A stretch of 64,000 nt of DNA from Dehalococcoidia bacterium (GCA_041494685.1 JBGQBE010000004.1:1-64000); one strand, 5' to 3'. Positions 51,206-62,841 are shown, counted from the first letter of the stretch. Notes: generated by a model not told the origin, from the sequence alone. Translations and numbers: made by a program.

Positions 51206-51736
51206 CTGGACAGCGACTACCGCATCGACGTCTCAGAGGTCAACCGCAACATCGACGCGGCGGAAGTCGTCGCGCTCTACTTCCCGCTCGTCCGCAAGAC
51301 GCTGCTCATGGACATGCGCACCAACGACATCGACGGCGCGATGATCCGCGTCGTGCCGATGGCCAACACGCCAGAGGAACGCTTCCAGTCGCTGCTCAAG
51401 ATGCGCCCGCGCTTCCGCAAGCCCGACAGCATCACGATCATCCCCTGGCCCAAGTACGTCCCCAGCCTCGTCGACCTCGGCGTCTGGGATCACATCGTCC
51501 GGCGCTTCGCCGACACCGGCTCGCCCGAGATCGTCCGCGAGTGCGACCGCTGCTACACGGAACTCGCGAAGCTCGAGCGCGAAGAGGTGCGGCGCGCCAT
51601 CACCGGCGAGAACTACGAGACCATGTGGGGCCAGCGCGGCGTCTCCGAGGTCGAGGCGCTCGTCGCCGACGACGAAGACGACCTCGACGAGGACGATGAC
51701 GGCGAAGAGGACATTCTCGACGACGAAGACAACTAG
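51206..51736 (+). CDS. Hypothetical protein with an acidic tail, paralog of 37107-37544 (probable CTG start)
   Basis: AGGAGG 7 nt before the CTG. (M)DSDYRID aligns with the paralog's MDNTYHLD. Asp/Glu-rich C-terminus. Confidence 0.8.
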   Translation: MDSDYRIDVSEVNRNIDAAEVVALYFPLVRKTLLMDMRTNDIDGAMIRVVPMANTPEERFQSLLKMRPRFRKPDSITIIPWPKYVPSLVDLGVWDHIVRRFADTGSPEIVRECDRCYTELAKLEREEVRRAITGENYETMWGQRGVSEVEALVADDEDDLDEDDDGEEDILDDEDN

Positions 51737-51758
51737 CCCGCCAACAACGGCAGGACAA

Positions 51759-51794
51759 CGAAGGACGCGGCGTGTGCCGCGTCCTTCGCTTTCC
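51759..51794 (+). terminator. Intrinsic terminator
   Basis: CGAAGGACGCGGC-GTGT-GCCGCGTCCTTCG followed by CTTT. Confidence 0.8.
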
Positions 51795-51947
51795 TTGATC
51801 GAATCCCCTGTCGCCGCACGCTCTGCCGCGTCTCTCTGACCCGCCTGAGTCGCCCCGAATACATCCGCTCATCCCCCTACACCGTTGATCGCACTCGCAA
51901 CGCCCCCGTGGTACGATGCCCCCATCGTAGGGAGGCGCATCGCCCGC

Positions 51948-52352
51948 ATGCAGGCTCGTCACATCGGCAGGCCCAACCCCACGTCGCAGGCGCGGCTCCA
52001 ACTCGTCCTGTTTCTGCTCGCCGCCTGGGACCTTCTCGCGTTCATCCTCACGCTCACCAACACGCGCCTGCTGCGGCTCGGCGGCATCGATGGCGTACTC
52101 GGCGCGCGCTCGGTCAGCGGCGCCACGGCCGTCCTCGCCATCGCCTACGTCTACGCCGCGCGCAACCCCGTCCGTTACCGCTTCGTGCTCTGGCTCGCCT
52201 CGCTCGAGCAGTTCGTCGCCATGTTCGCGTACACGTTCCACTGGGCGCGCGGCGATGTCGGCTTCGGCCAGACGGTCGTACCAATTCTCGCCGCCGCCGG
52301 ATTCCTGGTCTTCCTGCTGATGAACCTGCCGCGTCAGACGGACGTCGTCTGA
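51948..52352 (+). CDS. Four-TM hypothetical membrane protein
   Basis: GGAGG RBS and hydrophobic helices. Confidence 0.65.
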   Translation: MQARHIGRPNPTSQARLQLVLFLLAAWDLLAFILTLTNTRLLRLGGIDGVLGARSVSGATAVLAIAYVYAARNPVRYRFVLWLASLEQFVAMFAYTFHWARGDVGFGQTVVPILAAAGFLVFLLMNLPRQTDVV

Positions 52353-52945
52353 TGTCTCAGCACTCGACCACGCCGCCGCCCTCCGGCGCGTCCCAGATCC
52401 GCCGCGACGACGCCGTCGCCGTCATCAGCGCCTACGGCGCGTTCCGCCTGCTGATCATCCTGCTGGCGATCTGGTCGTTCCTCGAGGGCTTCGCGCTCTT
52501 CACGGGCAGCTTCTCCGCCCTCACCCTGGGCGGCCAGGATCGCACCGCCGAGCGCGTCATCGGGGCGCAGATGATCGTGCAGATCCCCGTCTACGGCCTG
52601 CTGGTCTGGCGCCGCGACCGCTACCGGCTGCTGATCTGGGTGCCGTACGGTGCGCAGCTCGCGATCATCCTGCCCACGACCATCGGCCTGCTGCGCGGCG
52701 ACACCGACGGCATCCTGCTGCTCTTCGTTTCCACCTTCTTCTTCGTCATGCTCTTCTACTTCTGGTGGCACAGCCACCCTCTCGACTTCTTCCGCCACGA
52801 GGACGACGCCGCCGCCGCGGACGAAGACGACGGCGAGTATGAGGATGAGGAGAGCGACGAAGATGAGGGCGCGGAGGATGCCGAAACGCCCGGGAGCGCA
52901 TCGCCCGGCCGACCCCGCCGCTACCGCCGCCTCCGCAACCGCTAG
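52352..52945 (+). CDS. Four-TM hypothetical membrane protein with an acidic then basic tail
   Basis: TGATG coupling to the upstream gene; similar LL.AW/IW ... RYR...W spacing. Confidence 0.65.
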   Translation: MSQHSTTPPPSGASQIRRDDAVAVISAYGAFRLLIILLAIWSFLEGFALFTGSFSALTLGGQDRTAERVIGAQMIVQIPVYGLLVWRRDRYRLLIWVPYGAQLAIILPTTIGLLRGDTDGILLLFVSTFFFVMLFYFWWHSHPLDFFRHEDDAAAADEDDGEYEDEESDEDEGAEDAETPGSASPGRPRRYRRLRNR

Positions 52946-53045
52946 CCACGCCCACCGGTCGCCGATAGCTGGTAGCCGCTTCCCGTGCTATCGTGCCCGC
53001 AGGCCGCGGAACCCCATCCGCGGGGCAACGCGGAGCAGATTCAGC

Positions 53046-54263
53046 ATGCCGAAGATCAAGGTCGCCTCGCCTCTCGTCGAACTCGATGGCGACGAGATGA
53101 CGCGCGTCATCTGGGCCATGATCAAGGAGAAGCTGGTCCTCCCGTACCTCGACATCGGCCTCAAGTACTATGACCTCGGCATCGAGCACCGCGACGCCAC
53201 CAACGACCAGGTCACCGTCGACGCCGCCAACGCCATCAAGCAGTACGGCGTCGGCGTCAAGTGCGCGACCATCACTCCTGACGAGGCCCGCGTCGAAGAG
53301 TTCCACCTCAAGCAGATGTGGAAGTCGCCCAACGGCACGATCCGCAACATCCTCGACGGCACCGTCTTCCGCGAGCCGATCGTCTGTCGGAACGTGCCGC
53401 GCCTCGTGCCCGGCTGGACCCGGCCCATCGTCATCGCCCGCCACGCCTTCGGCGACCAGTACCGCGCGACCGACTTCGTGGTACCCGGCCCCGGCGTCCT
53501 CACCATCACCTTCACGCCAGGCGACGGCAGCGCGCCCATCCAGCACAAGGTATTCGACTTCCCGGGCGGCGGCGTCGCGATGGCGATGTACAACCTCGAC
53601 GACTCGATCCGTAACTTCGCGCGCGCCTGCCTCAGCTTCGGGCTGCAGCGCGGCTATCCCGTGTACCTCAGCACGAAAAACACGATCCTGAAGGCGTACG
53701 ACGGCCGCTTCAAAGACCTCTTCGCCGAGGTCTATGCCGCCGAGTTCGAGCCACGCTACAAGGCCGCCGGCATCACCTACGAGCACCGCCTCATCGACGA
53801 CATGGTCGCCTTCGCGCTCAAGTCGCCCGGCGATTTCCTCTGGGCCGCGAAGAACTACGACGGCGACGTGCAGTCGGACAGCATCGCCCAGGGCTTCGGC
53901 TCGCTCGGACTGATGACCTCCGTGCTGCTCAGCCCCGACGGCAAGACCGTCGAGGCCGAAGCCGCGCACGGCACCGTCACGCGCCACTACCGCCAGCACC
54001 AGCAGGGTAAAGAGACGTCGACGAATCCCATCGCGTCGATCTTCGCATGGACCCGCGGACTCAGCTACCGCGGCGAGTTCGACGGCACGCCCGACGTCAC
54101 GCGCTTCGCCCGCACGCTGGAGAAGGTGTGCGTCGATACGGTCGAGTCCGGCAGCATGACCAAGGATCTCGCGCTGCTCATCGGCCCCGGCCAGCCCTGG
54201 CTCAACACCCAGGCCTTCCTCGACAAGCTGGCGGAGAATCTTCGCGCGGCATTGGCAGCGTAG
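53046..54263 (+). CDS. icd: NADP-dependent isocitrate dehydrogenase (type II)
   Basis: [30 protein letters not shown] and [12 protein letters not shown] motifs. Confidence 0.97.
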   Translation: MPKIKVASPLVELDGDEMTRVIWAMIKEKLVLPYLDIGLKYYDLGIEHRDATNDQVTVDAANAIKQYGVGVKCATITPDEARVEEFHLKQMWKSPNGTIRNILDGTVFREPIVCRNVPRLVPGWTRPIVIARHAFGDQYRATDFVVPGPGVLTITFTPGDGSAPIQHKVFDFPGGGVAMAMYNLDDSIRNFARACLSFGLQRGYPVYLSTKNTILKAYDGRFKDLFAEVYAAEFEPRYKAAGITYEHRLIDDMVAFALKSPGDFLWAAKNYDGDVQSDSIAQGFGSLGLMTSVLLSPDGKTVEAEAAHGTVTRHYRQHQQGKETSTNPIASIFAWTRGLSYRGEFDGTPDVTRFARTLEKVCVDTVESGSMTKDLALLIGPGQPWLNTQAFLDKLAENLRAALAA

Positions 54264-54274
54264 CGAGTCACCCG

Positions 54275-55015
54275 CTATCGCCCCGCGAGCACCACCGGGT
54301 GCCGCGTCACCCCGACGCCGGCCTCGCCGAATCGCACGATGTTCACGGTGCGCGCCAGCTCCGGTGAGCCGGAGTAGTACGCCGGCACGCGGCCGTCGCC
54401 CGCCTCCACCGCGCGATCCCAGTGTCCCAGCGCCACGTAGTCCGCGCCCGTCGCCGCGATCGCCTCGTCGTGGATCAGCCAGCCGCGATGGGAGTCGTGC
54501 GGCCCCGTCACCCAGTGCCCGTGCGCGACCACGATGTGCCAGCGCAGCGAGCGCGCCCGCGCGGGCCGCAGAGGCACCATGTCCGCGTACGCCACGTGGG
54601 GCACGCCCGACACCTCCAGCTCCAGCTCCGGGAACTCTACCGTCTCGCCCACGCTGATGCCGAGCACGTGTACGTTCGGCGCGTCCAGCATCGCCTCGTG
54701 GCGGTACACCGCGTCGGCCGTCGCAGGGTCGTGGTTCCCCGGCAGGATCACGCACGGCAGCCCCGCATCTGACATCATCCGCGCCGCGCCCTCCACGATG
54801 TGCGCCGCCGCGCGATGGCTGTCGAAGATGTCGCCCGCCAGGATCAGCGCCTGCGCGCGCGCCTCACCGGCGGCGCCCAGCACCGCGCGCAGCGACGCCA
54901 GTTCGCCGCCCCCGCGCGTCCGGCCGCCCAGGTGCAGGTCCGACGTGTGCGCCACGATCAGCTCACCCGCTACGTGTCCGTTGCTCCGCTCGTCTCCCAC
55001 GCCCACATTCTCCAC
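54275..55015 (-). CDS. Metallophosphoesterase, Mre11/SbcD-like (short form)
   Basis: HTSDLHLG, AGDIFD, PGNHD, AHG, YVALGHWD and YSGSP motifs. Start uncertain. Confidence 0.82.
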   Translation of the reverse strand: MENVGVGDERSNGHVAGELIVAHTSDLHLGGRTRGGGELASLRAVLGAAGEARAQALILAGDIFDSHRAAAHIVEGAARMMSDAGLPCVILPGNHDPATADAVYRHEAMLDAPNVHVLGISVGETVEFPELELEVSGVPHVAYADMVPLRPARARSLRWHIVVAHGHWVTGPHDSHRGWLIHDEAIAATGADYVALGHWDRAVEAGDGRVPAYYSGSPELARTVNIVRFGEAGVGVTRHPVVLAGR

Positions 55016-55128
55016 TGCCGGCCCCCCGCGCGAAAGCGAACGATCTTGACGCCCAAGCGAAAGGGCGCCCATCGCGCCCCTTGCTGTTTGCCATTTGCCG
55101 CAGGCCGTCTGTTGCCGGCCGTGCCTGC

Positions 55129-56144
<1,016 letters not shown>

Positions 56145-56145
<1 letters not shown>

Positions 56146-57167
56146 CAGCTCGCCGCCCCTTCTTGCGCCGCAGCCGCCCTGGCCGGCAACGCGTCCACCG
56201 TCGGCATCACCCAGCACGCCGACTGGTGCTTGTCGCCCGCCGACATCAGCGGCGGCTCCTCCGTCAGGCACTTGTCGATCCTGTACTGGCAGCGCGGCGC
56301 GAACGAGCACCCCGCCGGCGGGTGCACCAGGTCCGGCGGCACGCCCTCGATCGGCACGAGCCGATCCTTGCGCCCCTGGTCCAGCCGCGGCACAGACTTC
56401 AGCAGGCCGATCGTGTAGGGGTGCCGCGGGTTCGCGTACAGCTCCGGCGCCGTCGCCGTCTCGACGATCTTGCCCGCGTACATCACGTTCACGCGGTCGG
56501 CATACCGCGCCACGACGCCCAGATTGTGCGTGATGATCACGACTGCCGTGCCAAGCTCGCGGCTCAGGCGCGCCATGATCTCCAGGATCTGCGCCTGGAT
56601 GGTCACGTCCAGCGCCGTCGTCGGCTCATCGGCCAGCAGCAGCTTCGGATTGCACGACAGCGCCATCGCGATCATCACGCGCTGACGCATGCCACCCGAG
56701 AACTGGTGCGGGTAGTCGTCCAGCCGGCTCGACGAGGCCGGGATGCCGACCATGTCCAGCAGTTCGGCCGCACGCTTGTTGGCCGCCGAGCGGTCCATCT
56801 TCATGTGCAGCTCCAGCGCCTCCGTCAGCTGCCGCCCGATCGTCAGCACCGGGTTCAGCGACGTCATCGGCTCCTGGAACACCATCGCGATCCGGTTGCC
56901 GCGCACGTGACGGATCTCGTCCTCGTCCATCTTCAGCAGGTCTTCGCCCTCGAAGATGATCTCGCCGCCGACGATCTTCCCCGGCGGGTTCGGGATCAGC
57001 CGCAGGATCGAGAGAGCGGTGACGCTCTTGCCGCACCCCGACTCGCCCACCAGCCCCAGCGTCTCGCCCTCCTCCACGTCGAACGACACGCCGTCCACTG
57101 CACGGACGATGCCCTCCTCCGTGAAGAACTGCGTCTTCAGATTACGGACCTGCAGCAGTGTGCCCAT
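56145..57167 (-). CDS. Oligopeptide/dipeptide ABC transporter ATPase (OppD/DppD type)
   Basis: [26 protein letters not shown] and DEPTTALD motifs. Confidence 0.93.
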
Positions 57168-57304
57168 CTGACCTCCCCGCGGACCGCGGGCGTACTACCA
57201 ACCGATACGACAACCGGACACCGCTCTCGGTCTCCGGCAGCATGTCCCTCGTCTTCGCGAGCGCCCCCGGCGTCTTCGCCCACGGCCCGGGCCGTCCGGC
57301 GTGA

Positions 57305-57389
57305 TGGTGGGGAAGAGGAGACTCGAACTCCTACGCCTCGCGGCACGTGATCCTAAATCACGCTCGTCTGCCAATTCCGACACTTCCCC
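57305..57389 (-). tRNA. tRNA-Leu(TAG)
   Basis: Cloverleaf GGGGAAG...CTTCCCC-ACCA, anticodon arm CGTGA-TTTAGGA-TCACG and a long variable arm. Confidence 0.95.
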
Positions 57390-57583
57390 CTGCCGGAGCG
57401 CCCACGCCGCACGCCGAAGACTGAAGTGAAACGACAGAATTCGACTTCAGGCTGCGTGCCGGTATTGTATACGCGCCCCCGTCGCGAACGCTACAGGGCA
57501 AATCCGCCATGACAAACGCGAAGAGCCCGCCGTGGCGGCGCCAGCAGCGGGCTCGGACGTTCATCCCGTCCTCCTCCTTATGA

Positions 57584-58363
57584 TCACACTGCCTGCAGGT
57601 GGGCCGGCACGTGCTCGATGCTCTCCGCCTTGTTCGGCGGCAGCGTCCCCGGCAGGTGCAGGTAGCTCCGCACCGCCGTCACGCCTTCGATGTGCCGCAC
57701 CGCGCGGACCAGGCCGTGCATTACGTCCTCGCTCTCGACCTGCCCGCGCAGCGTCACACACCCTTCGTACGCGTCGATGTTGACCTCCCCCGGCCGCACC
57801 CGCGCGTCGCGCAGCGCCTCCGACCGCACTCGCGCCACCAGCGTCTCGTCGTCCGTGAGCCCGTGGTGGCCATTCAGCCGCACCAATTCGGCCGCCTCGT
57901 GCGTCAGCCCCCGCGCTCTGCCGCGGAAGAGCCGCCTGCGCCGCTCGATGCCGCGGGGCAGGTCGCGCGCGAGCAGGTGGCCCACGTGCGCCGCTCGGTC
58001 GCGGACCAGCGCCCGCCGGCGCCGTCCCGCGTGCGGGTCCATGTAGTACATCGCCAGCGCGCCCGTCGCCGTGCCAACCGCTATCAGCGACAGCGTCCGC
58101 CGGCCGCGTACCGCCGCCAGCGCCGCGCGTTCCGCGCCGACCGCCGCATCGTGACCCGCCGCCGCCGCGATCGCGCCGGCGTGCGCCGTCCGCTCGCGGA
58201 GCAGCGGCGCCGCGCCGCGCAGGCCGCCCCGCAGCGCATCGAGCCGCGGCAGCCGTAGCACCGCCCGTGGCCGGACATCAATCAGCCGCGACAGCAGCCC
58301 GGCCTTCGCGTGCCCCGCCTTCATCCGCGCAGAGAGATTTAGAGATAGGGAGATCGTGCGCAT
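57584..58363 (-). CDS. BON domain protein
   Basis: GGAGG RBS; MY..DP..GRRRRALVRD; DD.TLVARVRSE and G.VTLRGQV motifs. Confidence 0.8.
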   Translation of the reverse strand: MRTISLSLNLSARMKAGHAKAGLLSRLIDVRPRAVLRLPRLDALRGGLRGAAPLLRERTAHAGAIAAAAGHDAAVGAERAALAAVRGRRTLSLIAVGTATGALAMYYMDPHAGRRRRALVRDRAAHVGHLLARDLPRGIERRRRLFRGRARGLTHEAAELVRLNGHHGLTDDETLVARVRSEALRDARVRPGEVNIDAYEGCVTLRGQVESEDVMHGLVRAVRHIEGVTAVRSYLHLPGTLPPNKAESIEHVPAHLQAV

Positions 58364-58470
58364 GGCGGTACCTCCTCGCACACTAGTGCACGATGATCGT
58401 AGGCCGGCGCTCACACGGCGGCGACTGGCAAACGGCACGAAGATCAGGGCCAGCCGGGCCGGGCACACAT

Positions 58471-58497
58471 GGCCGGAGCGGTTGGACCGCTCCGGCC
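58471..58497. terminator. Hairpin downstream of the tRNA-Lys fragment
   Basis: GGCCGGAGCGG-TTGGA-CCGCTCCGGCC. Confidence 0.55.
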
Positions 58498-58514
58498 GTA
58501 CGTCAGTCGCCGAA

Positions 58515-58560
58515 TGGTGAGCCGCCCTGGAGTCGAACCCAGAACCAGCTGATGAAGAGT
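58515..58560 (-). repeat. att-like duplication of the tRNA-Lys 3' half
   Basis: 46 bp with 3 mismatches to 62883-62928; ends at the anticodon loop. Confidence 0.93.
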
Positions 58561-58701
58561 TGACTCCGCAGACTCCAAGCCAGGATTCCTGTCGCTCGAG
58601 TTCGGATTCGATTCCTCAGATCCTCCGGAGAGGGGCGCACCAGAAGGGCGGATCTCTCGACCCGCCCTTCCCAGAGGTGCCGGCGAGCGCCATCGACGCT
58701 G

Positions 58702-59247
58702 CTAGCGCGCGATCAAGACGCCTGTCATCTCTTTCGGGTGGACGTCACAGACGAAGGTATACGTGCCCGGCGCGACGGTGAACGTAACGACCTGCGTCTG
58801 TCCGTGCGGCAAGAAGTTCGTCTTGGTGACGCCGGCGACGTCCCAGTTGTGCAGCGCCTGGCCCTCGTTGTGGACCGCCATCGTAATGGTCACGCCGGCG
58901 GGGACTGTGATCTCCTTCGACGTGAAGTAGTTGTCCTCGACATCGAGCGAGATCGTCTGCGGGCCCGAGGGCGCTGGCGGAGGCGGAGGTGGCGGAGAAG
59001 ATGGCGCAGATGCAGCCTCTGTCGACGCGGGCGCGGCCGTCGCCGCTGGGACGGGCGTGCTCGTGGGCGCGGCTGGCGCGGCCGTTGGCGTCACGGCGGG
59101 CTGAAGCGTGGCCGTGGCCTGCGCGGTGTCGGTCGCCCGGGGCGCCGGTGTGCCCACGGACGCCGACGATGATGTGCTGCATGCGGCGGCCAGGAGCGCG
59201 CCGCCAAGGATTGTTGCGATTGGGAAGATCATTGTGTGCCGATGCAT
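58702..59247 (-). CDS. Cupredoxin (blue copper) lipoprotein
   Basis: Lipobox LAAAC, P/T/A linker, type-1 Cu ligands HN ... CDVHPKEM. Confidence 0.85.
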   Translation of the reverse strand: MHRHTMIFPIATILGGALLAAACSTSSSASVGTPAPRATDTAQATATLQPAVTPTAAPAAPTSTPVPAATAAPASTEAASAPSSPPPPPPPAPSGPQTISLDVEDNYFTSKEITVPAGVTITMAVHNEGQALHNWDVAGVTKTNFLPHGQTQVVTFTVAPGTYTFVCDVHPKEMTGVLIAR

Positions 59248-59308
59248 CGTCAGTTCCTCTCTGCTGCAGGCGGGGGCGATGACTACGCCCCCGCCCTCAT
59301 GGCTCTTC

Positions 59309-60028
59309 TTAGCGGGCGCGAGCCCGGCCGATGCCACCGACGGCGACGGCGACGACCAGCGCGCCGAGCGCGCCCAGCGCCAGCAGCCAGGTCCACTCCG
59401 TCCCGCGCTGCTCCGGCCCGGCGCCGGCGTTCGGCGCCTTCACGACCTGCGCCGGCGCAGCGGTCGGTGCCGCGGCAACCGCCGTCGGCGCCGGCGCCAC
59501 CGACGCACCTGCGACGATGCCGCTGTGCATGCCGAGGTCGTAGTGGACCATGTCCTGTCCGCCGATGGACGATGAGACGAAGCACGCGAGCACGTACGTC
59601 CCGGCCGGAAGCGTCGCATCGAACGCGATGGACTGGCCCGCGGGGACGTCCTCCACGTGGCCGGCGATGCCGGTGAGGTAGTCGGCTTCACTCACCTCTT
59701 TCCCGGCACGCTTGGCGGCCAGGAACTCATCGAGCTTCGACTGGTCGGCCGGGAAGATGAACACTTCGTGGTCGTAGTCCTTGCTGTCGTTGAAGAACTG
59801 CACGTGCACCGGGCCGGTCGAAGTCGTGTCGCCGTTCGTCTGGAAGACGAAGTCCGTGGCGTGGATGGTCAAGCCTGCGCCGGCCGCGCGTGCGGTGGAC
59901 GCATGGGACGCCGGCAACGCGACGACAGCGGCGACGGCCGCGAGTATCGGGACGACGAGCCGCACTGCGATGCGGGCGCGCGCCCTAACAGACCGAAGGA
60001 ATGTAGGTTCCGCTGCTGGTCGTTCCAT
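59309..60028 (-). CDS. Secreted cupredoxin-like protein with an APNAGAGP-TM-basic tail
   Basis: Signal peptide; HE ... GTYVLACFV-x10-HYDLGM long-loop Cu site; C-terminal TM followed by RARAR. Confidence 0.75.
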   Translation of the reverse strand: MERPAAEPTFLRSVRARARIAVRLVVPILAAVAAVVALPASHASTARAAGAGLTIHATDFVFQTNGDTTSTGPVHVQFFNDSKDYDHEVFIFPADQSKLDEFLAAKRAGKEVSEADYLTGIAGHVEDVPAGQSIAFDATLPAGTYVLACFVSSSIGGQDMVHYDLGMHSGIVAGASVAPAPTAVAAAPTAAPAQVVKAPNAGAGPEQRGTEWTWLLALGALGALVVAVAVGGIGRARAR

Positions 60029-60227
60029 GTCAATCATCTCCCCTTGCTAGCCCCGTCCAATGGGCGCTTGTGTGTCTGGCCTCATTGTCGTGCGGAGATG
60101 CCGGGCTGCCATCCCGCCCCGGGGGTGACGGTACGGGTGAAAAAGGGGTGAGGCGGTGAACTGATCGGCAGGGAAGATCGGCCCGCCGCGGCGGGCCGAT
60201 CGGCAAGGCGACCAGCGCCGCGCGCGG

Positions 60228-60911
60228 CTAGCGGAGGATGCCCTTGCGGCGGGCGAACGCGACGAGTTCCCCGCGGGTGTGGAGGTGCAGCTTCTGGTAG
60301 AGACGGAGCCGATGGGTCTTGACCGTGTTCGGGCTCAGGATGAGACGGTCGGCGATCTCCTTGTTCGTGAGGCCTTCTGCGACGAGACGCAGGACGTCGT
60401 GCTCGCGCTCCGTCAGGGCCTCTGACGCTTCTTCGCTGTTCGACGGCTGGTAGCGGAGCGCCTCACGCACAAGACCCCTGGCGAGTTGCGGCGGTATGTG
60501 GACGCCGCCCTCCGCGACGGTGGCAACGGCGGATAAGAGCTCGTCCCTGCCGGCGCCCTTGAGCACGTAGCCCGACGCGCCGGCATGCAGAGCTTCAAAA
60601 AAGAACGCCTCCTCATCATGCATCGTCAGGATCAGGATGCGGACGCCCGGCATTTCGTCGGTCAGGCAGCGGGCGACCTCGAGGCCGCTCATCTCCGGCA
60701 TGGAGATATCGAGCAGGACGACGTCGGGCCGGACGCGGCGTATCTCCTCGAGCGCGGCGCGGCCGGACGTCGCCTGGCCGACGACATCGAGATCCGGCTG
60801 GGAGCGCAGCAACGCGACGAGCCCCTCGAGGACGATGGCGTGGTCGTCGGCCGCCACGATACGCGTGCGGCGCCCTGCCGCAGGTTCCGGTACCTGCGCG
60901 TCGCCAGTCAT
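60228..60911 (-). CDS. NarL/LuxR family response regulator
   Basis: ADDH, LLDISMP, GASGYVLK and LTERE.DVL.L.AEGLTNKEIA motifs. Confidence 0.95.
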   Translation of the reverse strand: MTGDAQVPEPAAGRRTRIVAADDHAIVLEGLVALLRSQPDLDVVGQATSGRAALEEIRRVRPDVVLLDISMPEMSGLEVARCLTDEMPGVRILILTMHDEEAFFFEALHAGASGYVLKGAGRDELLSAVATVAEGGVHIPPQLARGLVREALRYQPSNSEEASEALTEREHDVLRLVAEGLTNKEIADRLILSPNTVKTHRLRLYQKLHLHTRGELVAFARRKGILR

Positions 60912-62752
60912 GCGCCGTCCCCGATCGTGGCGCCGTCGTCGCCGTGGGGAGGAAGCGGCAGCCAGACTTCGGCAGTGGTGCCGGTGCCGGGTGTGCTGTT
61001 GATCGTCAGCGCGCCGCCGAGAAGTGCGGCGCGCTCATGCATGCCGGCCAGCCCCAACCCGCGACCGCCCGCAGCGCTCAAGCCTGCCGTGGCTACGTCG
61101 AAGCCGCGGCCGTCGTCGCTGATACGCATCGTCACGTCTCCGTCGCTACGGGTCACCGTCACCTCGACGCGCGTCGCGCCGCTGTGGCGGGCGACGTTGT
61201 GCATGGCTTCCTGGGCGATGCGGAAGAGTACCACTTCCACCTCCGGCGGCAGGCGATCCTGCGGCCCGTCGATCGCGACGACGACGCCGGCCGGCGTAAG
61301 GATGCGGTCCGCCACTTCGCGCAGGGCGGCCATCAGTCCAAGCTGGTCGAGGACGCCGGGGCGCAGGCCGGAGATCAGGCGCCGAAGGTCATTCATCGCT
61401 TCGTCGATCAACTCCTGCGCGCGGAGGACGCGGCGTGCGGCGTCGGCGTCGAGCGAGGCGATGGGCAGGTCATCGGTGGAGAAACGCACGGCGGTGAGCA
61501 GCTGGCCGATCTCATCGTGCAGTTCGTACGCGAGGCGCGCCCGTTCCTCTTCCTGCGCCGTGATGACCTGGTGGAGCAGTCGTCGCACCTGCGCCTCCTG
61601 CTCATGAAGGGCCGCGGTGCGTTCCTGCACGCGCACTTCGAGCGTGGCGCGCAGGTCCTCCAGGCTCTGGATGGTCTGCAGGAGCCGCTGCCGCATCTGA
61701 TCGAGCGCGCGCGCCATGGCGCCGATCTCTCCGCCGGCGCTGGCCTCCAGCGGGAGATCAAGATCGCCGTCGGCGATGCTCTGGGCGGACCGCATGAGCC
61801 CGTAGACGGGCCTGACCAGTACGCGCGTGCCCCACAGGCTGCCGCCCCAGATAGCGATCAATGAGAGTGTGCCGATGATGGCGAGGCCCCAGCGAAGGTG
61901 ACTCGACGGCGCGAACGCCTCCGACGCGTCACCGCCGACGTCGACGCCCCACGGCACCTGGTGGAGCATCGCCGCCGCCATCAGGTGCTGCTCTCCAGTC
62001 GTCTCGCCGGGCAGATGCAGCACGAACGGTACCGTCTTCACTTCGTCTTTCCGCGCCGCCATCGCCTCCTGGAAGAATGGGGGATGCTCGCCCGCGGAGA
62101 GAAACGCGAGCCCGTAGGTCGAGACAAGGACGCGCCCCTGGGCATCGAGCAGCCCGGCGTGTCCCGTGCGTCCGACCTGCACCGCTTGAGAGAGCGCTTG
62201 GAGGACGGGCTGGCTATCCAGTGCGAGGATGCCCAGGATCACTCCTACAGGCTGGCCCTCGCGCGTGACACGCGTGGCCAGCGCCACGGCGGGACGCCCG
62301 GTCCGCGGATCGCTGAAAGGGTCAGATGCCGTGGCAGGATCGCCGGCGGCGGCGTGTTCGGCGAAGGAGACGAGGCCCGGGTCGAGCGTGCCGACTGGGT
62401 TGGGCGCGGCGGCGAGGGTCACGCCAGACGTGTCGACGAACAGGATGTCGAGGGCCATCGAGTCCATCCGGCGGAAGCCGAGAGCGAGCGCCTCCTGCTC
62501 GCCGGCGTCGCCGGTGGCAGCCGAGAGATCGTCGCCGGTCTGCCGCAGGTCCGCTTGCTCCTGGCTGATGCGGGCATCCAGCTCGGCGGCCGTGAGCCGC
62601 GCGATCACCAGGTACTGGTGCCGCGTCTCGTTGGCGCTTTCGCGGAGGGCGTACTCTCCGAGGGCGCTAAACGCGCCGAAGAGGAGGAGGAAGCCCAGGC
62701 TCAGCGCCAGCGCCATGCGGGGCCAGAGGCCCAACCGCGACCACCGTTTCAT
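60908..62752 (-). CDS. Sensor histidine kinase (Cache-HAMP-HisKA_3)
   Basis: Two TMs, HAMP, EEERARLAYELHDEIGQ, EAMHNVARHS, DDGRGF and GLGLAGM motifs. Start placed at the ATG 6 nt after TATGAT. Confidence 0.93.
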   Translation of the reverse strand: MKRWSRLGLWPRMALALSLGFLLLFGAFSALGEYALRESANETRHQYLVIARLTAAELDARISQEQADLRQTGDDLSAATGDAGEQEALALGFRRMDSMALDILFVDTSGVTLAAAPNPVGTLDPGLVSFAEHAAAGDPATASDPFSDPRTGRPAVALATRVTREGQPVGVILGILALDSQPVLQALSQAVQVGRTGHAGLLDAQGRVLVSTYGLAFLSAGEHPPFFQEAMAARKDEVKTVPFVLHLPGETTGEQHLMAAAMLHQVPWGVDVGGDASEAFAPSSHLRWGLAIIGTLSLIAIWGGSLWGTRVLVRPVYGLMRSAQSIADGDLDLPLEASAGGEIGAMARALDQMRQRLLQTIQSLEDLRATLEVRVQERTAALHEQEAQVRRLLHQVITAQEEERARLAYELHDEIGQLLTAVRFSTDDLPIASLDADAARRVLRAQELIDEAMNDLRRLISGLRPGVLDQLGLMAALREVADRILTPAGVVVAIDGPQDRLPPEVEVVLFRIAQEAMHNVARHSGATRVEVTVTRSDGDVTMRISDDGRGFDVATAGLSAAGGRGLGLAGMHERAALLGGALTINSTPGTGTTAEVWLPLPPHGDDGATIGDGA

Positions 62753-62841
62753 CCCCGCATCATACGCGGCCCGGTTCCCCTGGAGGATGAAGCGTGACGG
62801 AGCGCCGTCACGCCGTTTGCGGCGGCCCGCCTTCAAACGCT

